Source: a virus
Virus record (IMG/VR): IMGVR_UViG_3300009000_000003
Reading direction: 5' to 3' (one strand)
Length of the DNA stretch: 64,000 bases
The notes below the pieces were generated by a model. The model did not search any database. It saw only the letters and a program-made list of their open reading frames with translations, and had not been told where the DNA came from. A program made the translations under genes and the position numbers. Shown here piece after piece: positions 17,475-26,391 of this stretch; position 1 is the stretch's first letter, and every line of letters begins with the position of its first letter.

Positions 17475-18152
17475 TTAGTCAAACCAATTAGGAATTGGGT
17501 CACCTCTCCAGTCCCAATCCCTAGGGAAAAGAGATTGCGCCATCGACTTGGCGCTGTCATAGCCCATGCGTCGAGCATACTTCTCTTCCTTTCCCAGACT
17601 GAGGGCTTTGAGGAGGCAAATCCAAGCTTCAAAGCCTTTTGGCTCCTGAGGGTTTGGAAATGACAATCCATAACGAATTGCCATCAAAGCCCCCCTCGCC
17701 TCAAGTCTTGAGGCTTTCCAGGAATCGTCATCAATAATGACAATTCCCCTACTCAAGACTTCTTCAAGAAGTCCGGGAAAGGAACAAACCTCCCCTTCTA
17801 GGTCCATCCAGACCTGGTTGATATTAAGGTCTCTGGACCAATAGTAGTCTAGCTCGTACCCTTGTGGGTACACCTCAATGTCAAAGCCTTGGCCTTCGAA
17901 GGCCTCGAGGAGGCTTTGAACCTCTTTGGAAGGCTCGAAAACGAGCTGGCCCCCCAAGGTATAGATCTCCTCGAAATAACTCTCAGGGAGCCACCAGAGG
18001 AAATCCACATCTAGTGGTACCTCCTCATAAGCAAGGTTATGCTTTTTGAAGAAAGCATTCCTTGCTACCCCTCTCTTAAAACCCAAAGTACCAAAAGGCA
18101 CTTTGGGAATATTTGTTGTTGTTGTTGTTGTTGTTGTAATGAAGTAACGCAT
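17475..18152 (-). CDS. Hypothetical protein, first gene of the GC-rich island; N-terminal poly-Thr
   Basis: ATG with GAAAGGA RBS; (ACA)n microsatellite at about 18113-18137. Confidence 0.75.
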   Translation of the reverse strand: MRYFITTTTTTTTNIPKVPFGTLGFKRGVARNAFFKKHNLAYEEVPLDVDFLWWLPESYFEEIYTLGGQLVFEPSKEVQSLLEAFEGQGFDIEVYPQGYELDYYWSRDLNINQVWMDLEGEVCSFPGLLEEVLSRGIVIIDDDSWKASRLEARGALMAIRYGLSFPNPQEPKGFEAWICLLKALSLGKEEKYARRMGYDSAKSMAQSLFPRDWDWRGDPIPNWFD

Positions 18153-18256
18153 TGTTTTGTCCTTTCGACAAGTGGGTTAGCGTTGAATTAAAGCAACGTT
18201 GGCACCCCGGGTGGGCACCCAACTATTACATTGCTAAAACTTCAATAATAAAAATA

Positions 18257-18415
18257 CCCCCAAATATACTTTATATATTTCATAACCCTTATAAGATTTT
18301 TCCCAAATATATTATATATTTTCACTTCCACACATAGGAAATTCTGATCCCAAAATATTAATTATATATTTTCTATAGCCCCTATAGGCCTAAATATACT
18401 TTATATTCTTACCCC
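18257..18415. repeat. Four imperfect AT-rich direct repeats upstream of the island
   Basis: ccc/cct-aaatat(act)-ttatat(a)tt(t)c units starting near 18258, 18302, 18349 and 18389. Confidence 0.6.
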
Positions 18416-18538
18416 TTACTTATAAGAACTTTACCCATAACATATTAACTCTTAACCTACCCTACCCCCTGTTTAGAGATAATATATTGCAACTTAAAAA
18501 AACCGTAAATCCAAATTTTTTAATTCAAATTTTTTAAT

Positions 18539-19306
18539 TTACAATATGCAATTTTTTGGATTGATAATATCAAACATTACTTTTACAGAATCGTCTAACC
18601 AATTAAAATTAGAGCTATTAAAATCAAAATCTACAGTATGTAAAATCTGCGGAGAATAATCATTTACTGACCATATATTTTGCTGTGTTTTAAAACTAAA
18701 CATAGTGCTATTCAATTCAGATTCTATTAATCTGTTTTCAACAGGCACTTTAAATTTATCTAATTCAAGTTTTAAACAACCATCCATGCCTGACATTTTG
18801 TTATAACCAAATACATCTCTAGGTAAAGCTTGTAATGCTTGTTTAGTATATATTCGACCAGCGCCTAATCCATGTGTAACCAACCCATGCTCAGGTAAAT
18901 ACCCTACAAAATGTTTTATTGTTTTTGTAAAAGAGTCGTACATATACATGTTTTTAATAGAAGCCCAATAACCATTTTCATGCGCTACCTTGATGCAAGT
19001 TAAAATTAAATTTAAAGGCATAAAATCATCAGAACCAAGCCATAATAAAAAGTCAACATTTCTAATTTTAGCTTGGTTGTATATATGGTTATTTTTATTC
19101 GAAAGTATATTAGGCATTTCGTAAAATTCGACATTATTAAATTTTTCAATAACATCTCTCTCAATTTTACTACTACCTACAACTAGATACTCTACTTGAA
19201 AACCTCTTTTATTTAATTCTGGGATTATATATTTGGTCATATAATAAGTATGCACTCTAAGCACATTGGGTCTTTTCCAAGCAGGAAGTCCGATCATTAT
19301 TTTCAT
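18539..19306 (-). CDS. Glycosyltransferase (GT-A fold)
   Basis: IGLPAWKR...K.N...DFLLWLGSDDF...GAGR. Confidence 0.75.
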   Translation of the reverse strand: MKIMIGLPAWKRPNVLRVHTYYMTKYIIPELNKRGFQVEYLVVGSSKIERDVIEKFNNVEFYEMPNILSNKNNHIYNQAKIRNVDFLLWLGSDDFMPLNLILTCIKVAHENGYWASIKNMYMYDSFTKTIKHFVGYLPEHGLVTHGLGAGRIYTKQALQALPRDVFGYNKMSGMDGCLKLELDKFKVPVENRLIESELNSTMFSFKTQQNIWSVNDYSPQILHTVDFDFNSSNFNWLDDSVKVMFDIINPKNCIL

Positions 19307-20052
19307 ATTGTAGGCCTTTGCATTACTTTAGTAATAAATTTTAACTCATCTAACTCTCTATTAATTACTTCGCACGGTAAATCTTTTTGATGGCTTGTAG
19401 CTGATATAGTCTCTTTAAAATTTATATCATTATGAGTTATGTCACCTTGCTTATGCGGTAATGCTAATATAGGTATATTATTACGTTGTGAATATATTCC
19501 CACCCATACATCTGCCATATTTCTCTCCGCTCCAAAATCGTTTAAAGAGAGCTTTATATTATTGGTAGGTATGCACATGACCCCCGTGCCACCAAACTGC
19601 GTATATTGTGGGAAATCGAGCGTATATAAGCAACGTACTTGTGAATAAAACGTTGGTTTATAATAACCTTTTAAAGGTAAATCAAAGAAAGAACGCCCGT
19701 GATATGTAGTAATAATTTGATTATTAAAGTGTTGTTGATATGCGATATGATTTTGTACGTAACCAGGCGAATAGAATAAATCATCATCTATAGTAAAGTA
19801 ATAACATTCTGGTAGTTTATCTATAAAATAAAATTTAGCGGCGTCGCCTAGATCACCTGCCAAATTTGGTCCAAAATGCAATTTTACGTTTTTAAAGTTT
19901 TGTATTACTTTAGCGTATAAAACAGCGGGCATTTCTTTATAATCATTTAAGTATACATGTACTTCATCAACTTGATTATAAATCGAAGCTAATGTTTGTA
20001 GTAAAGATGATTGTCTACTTTTAATAGTGGCCATAGCTGCTATTTTTTTCAT
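19303..20052 (-). CDS. Glycosyltransferase family 2-like protein
   Basis: ATIKSR..L..TLASIYNQVD, FTIDDDLFY, GGTGV, MADVW. Confidence 0.8.
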   Translation of the reverse strand: MKKIAAMATIKSRQSSLLQTLASIYNQVDEVHVYLNDYKEMPAVLYAKVIQNFKNVKLHFGPNLAGDLGDAAKFYFIDKLPECYYFTIDDDLFYSPGYVQNHIAYQQHFNNQIITTYHGRSFFDLPLKGYYKPTFYSQVRCLYTLDFPQYTQFGGTGVMCIPTNNIKLSLNDFGAERNMADVWVGIYSQRNNIPILALPHKQGDITHNDINFKETISATSHQKDLPCEVINRELDELKFITKVMQRPTI

Positions 20053-20417
20053 TATAATAACTCCAAGCTAATAGGGTCTTTTTCAAATTGCACATAAGTA
20101 ATATATGTTAAGCCAAGAAATTTAGCTTTGACTAATCTATGCACTCCATCAAAAATTAAATTTTCTTCTGATAGTATAATTGGATAAGTAAGCTCTGAAT
20201 TTAATACTCTATTCATATGATGTAAAAAGAAATCATTGTTTATTTCTTCATCTTCATGTTGCCAACACCAAGCAGTTTTATATCTTTTATCCCATAGTTC
20301 AGAAACTAACATTTGTTTTGGTTTAATATCTTTTGACAACTCCCAAATGTTATCTAACTTCCAAGTACGGTTATATTGATATTTTTCTGTTTTAGGAAAA
20401 TAAACAGTAGATGACAT
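20052..20417 (-). CDS. ParB/Srx-fold small protein
   Basis: YPIIL...IFDGVHRLVKA motif. Confidence 0.7.
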   Translation of the reverse strand: MSSTVYFPKTEKYQYNRTWKLDNIWELSKDIKPKQMLVSELWDKRYKTAWCWQHEDEEINNDFFLHHMNRVLNSELTYPIILSEENLIFDGVHRLVKAKFLGLTYITYVQFEKDPISLELL

Positions 20418-20427
20418 TTTTATCCTT

Positions 20428-20739
20428 TTATTTTAATGTTAAGTATCCGCCAAATATTAATAAGCTGATACCTATAATTTGTTTAGTAGTAGGTGCGTCA
20501 AAGAAATAAGCATTTAAACTCATTTCTATAATTGTGTGCATAGTGTATGTTAATGCAGTAGCAGTCCAAACACCATATTTATCTATCAAAATCCACCAAG
20601 AAGTAATACCTAAATAATTAGTTATTAACCCAGTTGTTAACCACCAGTGCCAAGGTTGCATATTTATATTAAATAAAGGTTTTGCATTACCTTTAAACCA
20701 TAATATAATATATAATAAAAACAAAGCAAAAAAATGCAT
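20428..20739 (-). CDS. Small multi-pass membrane protein (SMR/EamA-like)
   Basis: About four TM helices; ends KQIIGISLLIFGG. Confidence 0.55.
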   Translation of the reverse strand: MHFFALFLLYIILWFKGNAKPLFNINMQPWHWWLTTGLITNYLGITSWWILIDKYGVWTATALTYTMHTIIEMSLNAYFFDAPTTKQIIGISLLIFGGYLTLK

Positions 20740-20751
20740 GAAAAGGTCACC

Positions 20752-21483
20752 ATGAGCTCTAATAAAAATAGCTTAGTAATTTTTGAAGATTTAATTGAAG
20801 ACAATTCTTATGATAAATATTTGGCTAAATTAGCGCCAGAGAAACTAGCTAAAATCAATAGAAAGATCAATAGTTATAAAACAGGTGTTTATGCTTCTGC
20901 ACCTATCATGTGTTATGGTCCTAAAAAGTGTCCTTTTATCAACAAGTGTCCAATACCAGATACTAATGAAAATGGAGAACTAGTATTAGGTCCTGAATCT
21001 AACTACCCTATGGGTAAAGAATGTTTGATGGAAAAGTATTTTGTGGAACATAAAACAATTCAATATGTAGAGTATTTAAATGTAGATATCTCTAATCCAG
21101 TAGAGATGAGCATAGTAAATGAACTAGCCTTAATTGATCTTTATAAAAATAGGTGCCTTTTTGTTTTGTCTCAGGGAGATAAAAAAGGAGAAGGTAGAGA
21201 TTTTATGACTACAGATGTGTTAGCTTTTAACGAAAATGGAGATAGAGCAGAATCTATAAAGCTACACCCTGTAATAGAAATGATTGAAAAACTAGAGAAA
21301 CGTCGTGAGCGTTGGCTTGAGAGACTTATGGAAACTAGAGAATCAAAAGCTAAACTCATGGCTAAAATGCAAGAAAATAAAAATCAATCTAAAATGTTAC
21401 AAGAAATTAGTATGCTAAGAGAAGCTCTTTATAAAATAGAATCAGAACCTATTAATGAAGAGATCTTAATAGATGAAGAATAA
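20752..21483 (+). CDS. Putative terminase small subunit or head-module protein
   Basis: First gene of the plus-strand module; Cys cluster plus C-terminal coiled coil. The function is assigned from position only. Confidence 0.4.
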   Translation: MSSNKNSLVIFEDLIEDNSYDKYLAKLAPEKLAKINRKINSYKTGVYASAPIMCYGPKKCPFINKCPIPDTNENGELVLGPESNYPMGKECLMEKYFVEHKTIQYVEYLNVDISNPVEMSIVNELALIDLYKNRCLFVLSQGDKKGEGRDFMTTDVLAFNENGDRAESIKLHPVIEMIEKLEKRRERWLERLMETRESKAKLMAKMQENKNQSKMLQEISMLREALYKIESEPINEEILIDEE

Positions 21484-24400
21484 AACTTTTACATACATTA
21501 ATACAGGTAATACTGATAAACAAATTGTAGTAGATTATGTAGATCAAGATGGTGCACAAAGGCGCACTTTAATTACATTAAAGCCAAAACAAGTATTAAG
21601 TGATAGCCTCGCTAAAGTAACTATCGGTGGTGATAGGAACACTATTGTTAATGTAAGTGTAAGTGGAAGTCCAGTAAAATCCACATTAAGTACTAGTGAA
21701 AGTATATTAAAGCGCTCTGCAGTATTAGATATAGAGACTTCAGGTAGGTTAGGCCCTGACTCTATAACACAAATAGGTATATATGATGTTGCTGACAAAA
21801 GAGCAACAGCTATATTCCCTAGTGTAAATTCAATAATTAATCCTGCACCAGGTGAATTAAGTTATAAAAGAATACAATCTGGAATAAATCCATTTACAGG
21901 TAGCAGCTTCAAAGCGCAAAAGTATATTGATATGTATATGGAAATGTATCCTTTTTATGATAAAAAAAATGCTAAAAGCAGAGTAGAAACTGCTTTAAAA
22001 GATACAAGTGGGTTACAAAAATCTACAATAGATTTAATTGAAAAACGTTTAATCGAGCAAGATTTTTTTCAAGCCGAACAAATGGTTTCGGAAGAAAATC
22101 TAAGAAAATATGCTGGCAGCAGAGTAGTAGATCCAAAAACAGGACAGCTATATCAATCAGTACAAGCTAAAAGATTACTTTATCAAGCAATAGATTCTGG
22201 AACAATTGATGAATCTGTTTTAAGAGAGCACTTTAAGTTAGGTACTGGAAGTAGTAAAGTTTTTGATAAATTATTTTCAGGCGGAGTAAATATTTTATCT
22301 GGAAGATCAATGGTAGATATACTTAACCAAGATCTTCCTAGTGCGCTTAAAGATAAAGTAACTTGGATTGCTAACGCACCCTTTGAGTCTACTCAGTTTG
22401 GTGCACAAATTGATGCTCAAGCTAGAGAATCAATGAATGCTTTAAACGAAGCAAGAGTTAAAGCTGGGGAAGCGCGTATTTCTGAAAAAAACTTTATTAA
22501 AGGTTTTTCTTATGGGGCTTATGAAAAAGAGATTGAAGCATTAAATGTTAAAAGAGCTGCAGACCAACAATTAGTAACTAAAAACCCAATGTATGGAGTA
22601 ACAAAAGGTGTATCAATTACTTCAGGAAAACCATTTTTCGTTACTGGAGCTGAGTTCCAAAAAGCTAGAAGACTAGCTCAAAAATCAGGAGATTACAGCT
22701 TATTGTATAAAGCACTGTTAGAAACAACTACTGAAGGAGATGTAAGAGACATTCTTGATTTACCTAGAATGCAACAATCAATGCTTATACAAAGTGGCGA
22801 TATGACGTCATCAAAAGTGCCGACATCTGTAGGTGTGGAAGTTCAAGCGCGTTTATATGGATTTACTGAGCAACTTAGAAAAGGTAAGTCTTTTGAAGAA
22901 GCAAGTAAGCGCTTAATGCAAAAAGAGCTTCACTCTGGTATTGGTGACGTTGCTTTGTCAGAAACTCCAATATTGAGAGAAGCTTTAGATCAATTAGAAG
23001 CATTAGAAATAGAACGTACTGGAGGGCCAGGTTTAGATAAATTGCGAGAACAAGCAGCTAGAGGTGAAGGCGCTTTATTCAGAGCTAAAATATACGGTTC
23101 CTTAATGGACTATCTTAATAACCCTTTAGTAACAAAAGAAGGCAATGTAATAGAATCTTTGCATGATGTTCAAATGAAAGCAAGAGCTGGACGTTATGCT
23201 TATGATATTGCAACTCAAGGCTCTTATGAAACAAGAGAGTTTATACCTGGGTATAACACAGTACCACAAGCAAAACCAATTGGGGATGGAGTTGCTCAAT
23301 TTGAATATCATGAAGTAAATAGAATCAAGCGTACTAGAAAAACAAACTTTTTTGAGCTGTTAGATGATGTAGCAAATCTTCCTGAATATGAATCAGCAAG
23401 AAAACAAGAAGTAATGCAGGAAATAAAAGATCATTTTAAAGGCACCTATGATCTTGAAACAGGAGAAATTTTAAAAAGTAAAGAAGAAATCTTTAAAAAG
23501 AAAGCAACTATTTTAAGTGAATCTGCAGATAGCCAAATACGAGCGATAGAACAACACTTCGCTCCAGAAAGATTTTATTTACAAGAACAAGGTTCTATAG
23601 CAAAAAATGTACTACTGCAAGGTAGCGGAAGAACTACTAATGTTAAATTAAGTCAAAATATGACAAATAATGTTATATCAAATTATTCAGATTTTCTTAA
23701 TGTTAATACTAAAAAAATTGCTTCTAAAAGTAAATTTAATTTCGCAAAATTAGGAGGCTATGCGGTTTTAGCTGTAGGGCTTGCTGCTTTATCACCTGGA
23801 AGTTCAGAACAAAAAGCTATACCTAAAAACTTTTTAATAGGAGATAGTGGGGCTTATTTAAAAAGTAAAGCAATGCAAAATCAAGTAACAGAATCAGAAT
23901 ATAAAAAAGCTATGATGATAAAATATAACAACATGGAGGGTATGTCTGAGCAAGGAGTAGGTTCTGCACTAAGAAAACTATATACAGACTTTGGATCTCC
24001 ATATCAGAATCCAGGATACTCTTTAAGTGTTTTAGATGATTACAATTTAAGAAGAGAAAGAGAAAAATATAATTCTCTTGAATTTGCAAACACTCACTTT
24101 AGTGAAAAAGGTTCTGTTGGCTTTCAATTGAAAAGATTTATTTCTTCAGGGTTTAAAGACCAATTAGGTACAAGAATTAGAATTGTAGAAAGTTTTGCTC
24201 CGCCAGGAAGTAGAATCAATAGAGCTAAATATCCAGGGTTAACTCATAATAATTTACAAGAATACGATTTGTCTCCATCAAACCCTAATTACAAAATCAG
24301 TATGGAAGATGCTGACACTTTAACAGTAAATAGTAAAGGTGGAAAGTTTTCATTTCGTCTTGCAGGAATAGATGCTCCGGAAACTTCTCACGGTGGTCGC

Positions 24401-25258
24401 GCTGCACAACCTTTTGCAGAAGAAGCAAAAGCTTTAGTACAACAAATGATTTCAGAAGCTAAAGATGTAAGAATGGTTGTTCAACCAGGAGATATGACTT
24501 ACGGACGTCAGGTAGGTATGCTTTATGCTGACGGCCGTAACATCAACTTAGAGTTAATTAAAAGGGGTTTTGCTGCTTACTTACCATATAAAGGAAAAGG
24601 TAAAAAACAATTATATAATACTCAAGCTTTTGAAGAAGCCCAAGAAAGAGCATACACGGCTAAAAGAGGTATGTGGCAAAGTCCTTTTTTCCAAGCATAC
24701 AAAATGATGACTGATAAAACTGGGCAATCAATTACATTTAACACTTTAGCAAATGTAAGCAAAGTAGCACAAAATGCTAGTTTAATGTCTATATATTCTA
24801 CTATGAACCAAGCTCAAGAAATGGGCATGGTAAATAATGCAATGCAAATGGAAATTGCCTCAATTGGCGATCAAATGAATTCAAGTAGAAAACCTTTTGC
24901 ACCTGATAGTAAAAAAGGTGGTTGGACTCAATTAGATCTTCAATCTTATGGAGAAAACAATAACTCTATTCTTAGCGTATTAGATCAACAAAAATATGAA
25001 ATAGGTAGATTGATGCGCACAAGGAATAGTAAAAATTTAAATCAAAAATTTAAATCAGGTAAATTCAATAAAAATAATTTAGCTATGACAAATGAGACTT
25101 TAGCTAAAAATGTTTATAACGAAGAAAACAAAATAAAAATTCTTCAAGATAAAAGACGTCAACAATTAAATACACTAAGAATTAAAAAGATGGAACAAAT
25201 GCAACAACAAGCATTAGGTAATCAATTTAATTCTCCAATAGGACACCATAGGATGTAA
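21473..25258 (+). CDS. Large protein with DEDDh-like exonuclease motifs and a thermonuclease (SNase) domain
   Basis: VLDIETSG, WIANAPFE, ELHSGIGDV; EDADTL..FRLAGIDAPE..QPFAEEAK..TYGRQVG..NINLELIKRGFA..AKRGMW. Confidence 0.8.
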   Translation: MKNKTFTYINTGNTDKQIVVDYVDQDGAQRRTLITLKPKQVLSDSLAKVTIGGDRNTIVNVSVSGSPVKSTLSTSESILKRSAVLDIETSGRLGPDSITQIGIYDVADKRATAIFPSVNSIINPAPGELSYKRIQSGINPFTGSSFKAQKYIDMYMEMYPFYDKKNAKSRVETALKDTSGLQKSTIDLIEKRLIEQDFFQAEQMVSEENLRKYAGSRVVDPKTGQLYQSVQAKRLLYQAIDSGTIDESVLREHFKLGTGSSKVFDKLFSGGVNILSGRSMVDILNQDLPSALKDKVTWIANAPFESTQFGAQIDAQARESMNALNEARVKAGEARISEKNFIKGFSYGAYEKEIEALNVKRAADQQLVTKNPMYGVTKGVSITSGKPFFVTGAEFQKARRLAQKSGDYSLLYKALLETTTEGDVRDILDLPRMQQSMLIQSGDMTSSKVPTSVGVEVQARLYGFTEQLRKGKSFEEASKRLMQKELHSGIGDVALSETPILREALDQLEALEIERTGGPGLDKLREQAARGEGALFRAKIYGSLMDYLNNPLVTKEGNVIESLHDVQMKARAGRYAYDIATQGSYETREFIPGYNTVPQAKPIGDGVAQFEYHEVNRIKRTRKTNFFELLDDVANLPEYESARKQEVMQEIKDHFKGTYDLETGEILKSKEEIFKKKATILSESADSQIRAIEQHFAPERFYLQEQGSIAKNVLLQGSGRTTNVKLSQNMTNNVISNYSDFLNVNTKKIASKSKFNFAKLGGYAVLAVGLAALSPGSSEQKAIPKNFLIGDSGAYLKSKAMQNQVTESEYKKAMMIKYNNMEGMSEQGVGSALRKLYTDFGSPYQNPGYSLSVLDDYNLRREREKYNSLEFANTHFSEKGSVGFQLKRFISSGFKDQLGTRIRIVESFAPPGSRINRAKYPGLTHNNLQEYDLSPSNPNYKISMEDADTLTVNSKGGKFSFRLAGIDAPETSHGGRAAQPFAEEAKALVQQMISEAKDVRMVVQPGDMTYGRQVGMLYADGRNINLELIKRGFAAYLPYKGKGKKQLYNTQAFEEAQERAYTAKRGMWQSPFFQAYKMMTDKTGQSITFNTLANVSKVAQNASLMSIYSTMNQAQEMGMVNNAMQMEIASIGDQMNSSRKPFAPDSKKGGWTQLDLQSYGENNNSILSVLDQQKYEIGRLMRTRNSKNLNQKFKSGKFNKNNLAMTNETLAKNVYNEENKIKILQDKRRQQLNTLRIKKMEQMQQQALGNQFNSPIGHHRM

Positions 25259-25260
25259 TT

Positions 25261-26391
25261 ATGTTTTCAATTGCAGGCTATCTTTCAGATAACGTTCCAG
25301 ACGATCCAGCAGGAGCAGGGCTTTCAATAGCTGTAGGTGCTAGCGCAGCTGGAGCTTTTGTAAAAGCTGGTGGATTACAAACTATGGCTTTAGGAGCAGC
25401 TTATTCTATTGGCGGTGAGCCTTTAGTAGGGGAAATAGGTTATGGTGCTGTTGTAACTAGAGGAGGGAATTTAACAGAAAAAGGAATAAGGAGCACAGTA
25501 TTGCATGGAGAAGCTGGAGGTTTTTCCACTAGTTTAAAATTACAAAATACTTATGGCGGCCCAGGAGTAGCGCCAACAATTACAGCAAATAGCAGAGGAA
25601 TATTTTCCAGTACAATGGGTGCTGGAATTATGAAACAAAATTTTCTTAGCAGTGCAATACCAATTGCTTCTTTAGCATATGGGGGCATTGGGGCTTATTC
25701 AGATGGCGGAGCTGTTGGTTTGGGACAGTATTTAGTTTCCGATGTTTTAGGCAACTATTATGGTACTCAAGCTTCTTTACAAGTAGGTACTGTAGAAGTT
25801 GCTGGTGTTGCAAATGAAATATACGGAATAGAAGCTGGAGCTGCTAATGCTTTACAAAAAGGAGATATTGTTTCTAGAATAAAGTCTATTGGTGGCTCTG
25901 GAATGCTAGGTAGAGCACTTCCTTCATTAGGTGGTATTATGGGAAGTGTAATGGGCATGGAATTAGGTAAAAATGTAGGTAAGTTCGGAGCCAGCTTACT
26001 CTCTGGAGACTCTTTTACAATAAGTGAAACTGCAGGAGCTTTTGTTGGAGGTTTGGGAGGAGCAATAGCTGGAGCTAAATTTGGAGCTTATATGACTTCA
26101 TCTGTAGGTGGAGCAATTCTTGGAGGCTCAGCTTTACTTGCAGGAGCAGTTATTTCTAATACTACAATGTCTCTATTAGAAAGTGGTTTTCAAAATATGA
26201 ATAAAAGCCGACAAGGTTTAGGCTTTGCAGGAGACACAGCTCATTACTTTACAAGAAATGCTGTAACTATGAGAGAGCGTGCAGTACAAGCGATGCATAA
26301 ATCACATTTAAATGCCAGAAGTGCTTTCGGACAAGAAGCTAATATAGTACATATGAATAGAGATATGTTTAGCCAATACAAGAGATATTGA
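25261..26391 (+). CDS. Gly/Ala-rich hydrophobic protein (putative virion-internal or ejection protein)
   Basis: Composition, glycine-zipper-like segments, location in the head module. Confidence 0.55.
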   Translation: MFSIAGYLSDNVPDDPAGAGLSIAVGASAAGAFVKAGGLQTMALGAAYSIGGEPLVGEIGYGAVVTRGGNLTEKGIRSTVLHGEAGGFSTSLKLQNTYGGPGVAPTITANSRGIFSSTMGAGIMKQNFLSSAIPIASLAYGGIGAYSDGGAVGLGQYLVSDVLGNYYGTQASLQVGTVEVAGVANEIYGIEAGAANALQKGDIVSRIKSIGGSGMLGRALPSLGGIMGSVMGMELGKNVGKFGASLLSGDSFTISETAGAFVGGLGGAIAGAKFGAYMTSSVGGAILGGSALLAGAVISNTTMSLLESGFQNMNKSRQGLGFAGDTAHYFTRNAVTMRERAVQAMHKSHLNARSAFGQEANIVHMNRDMFSQYKRY

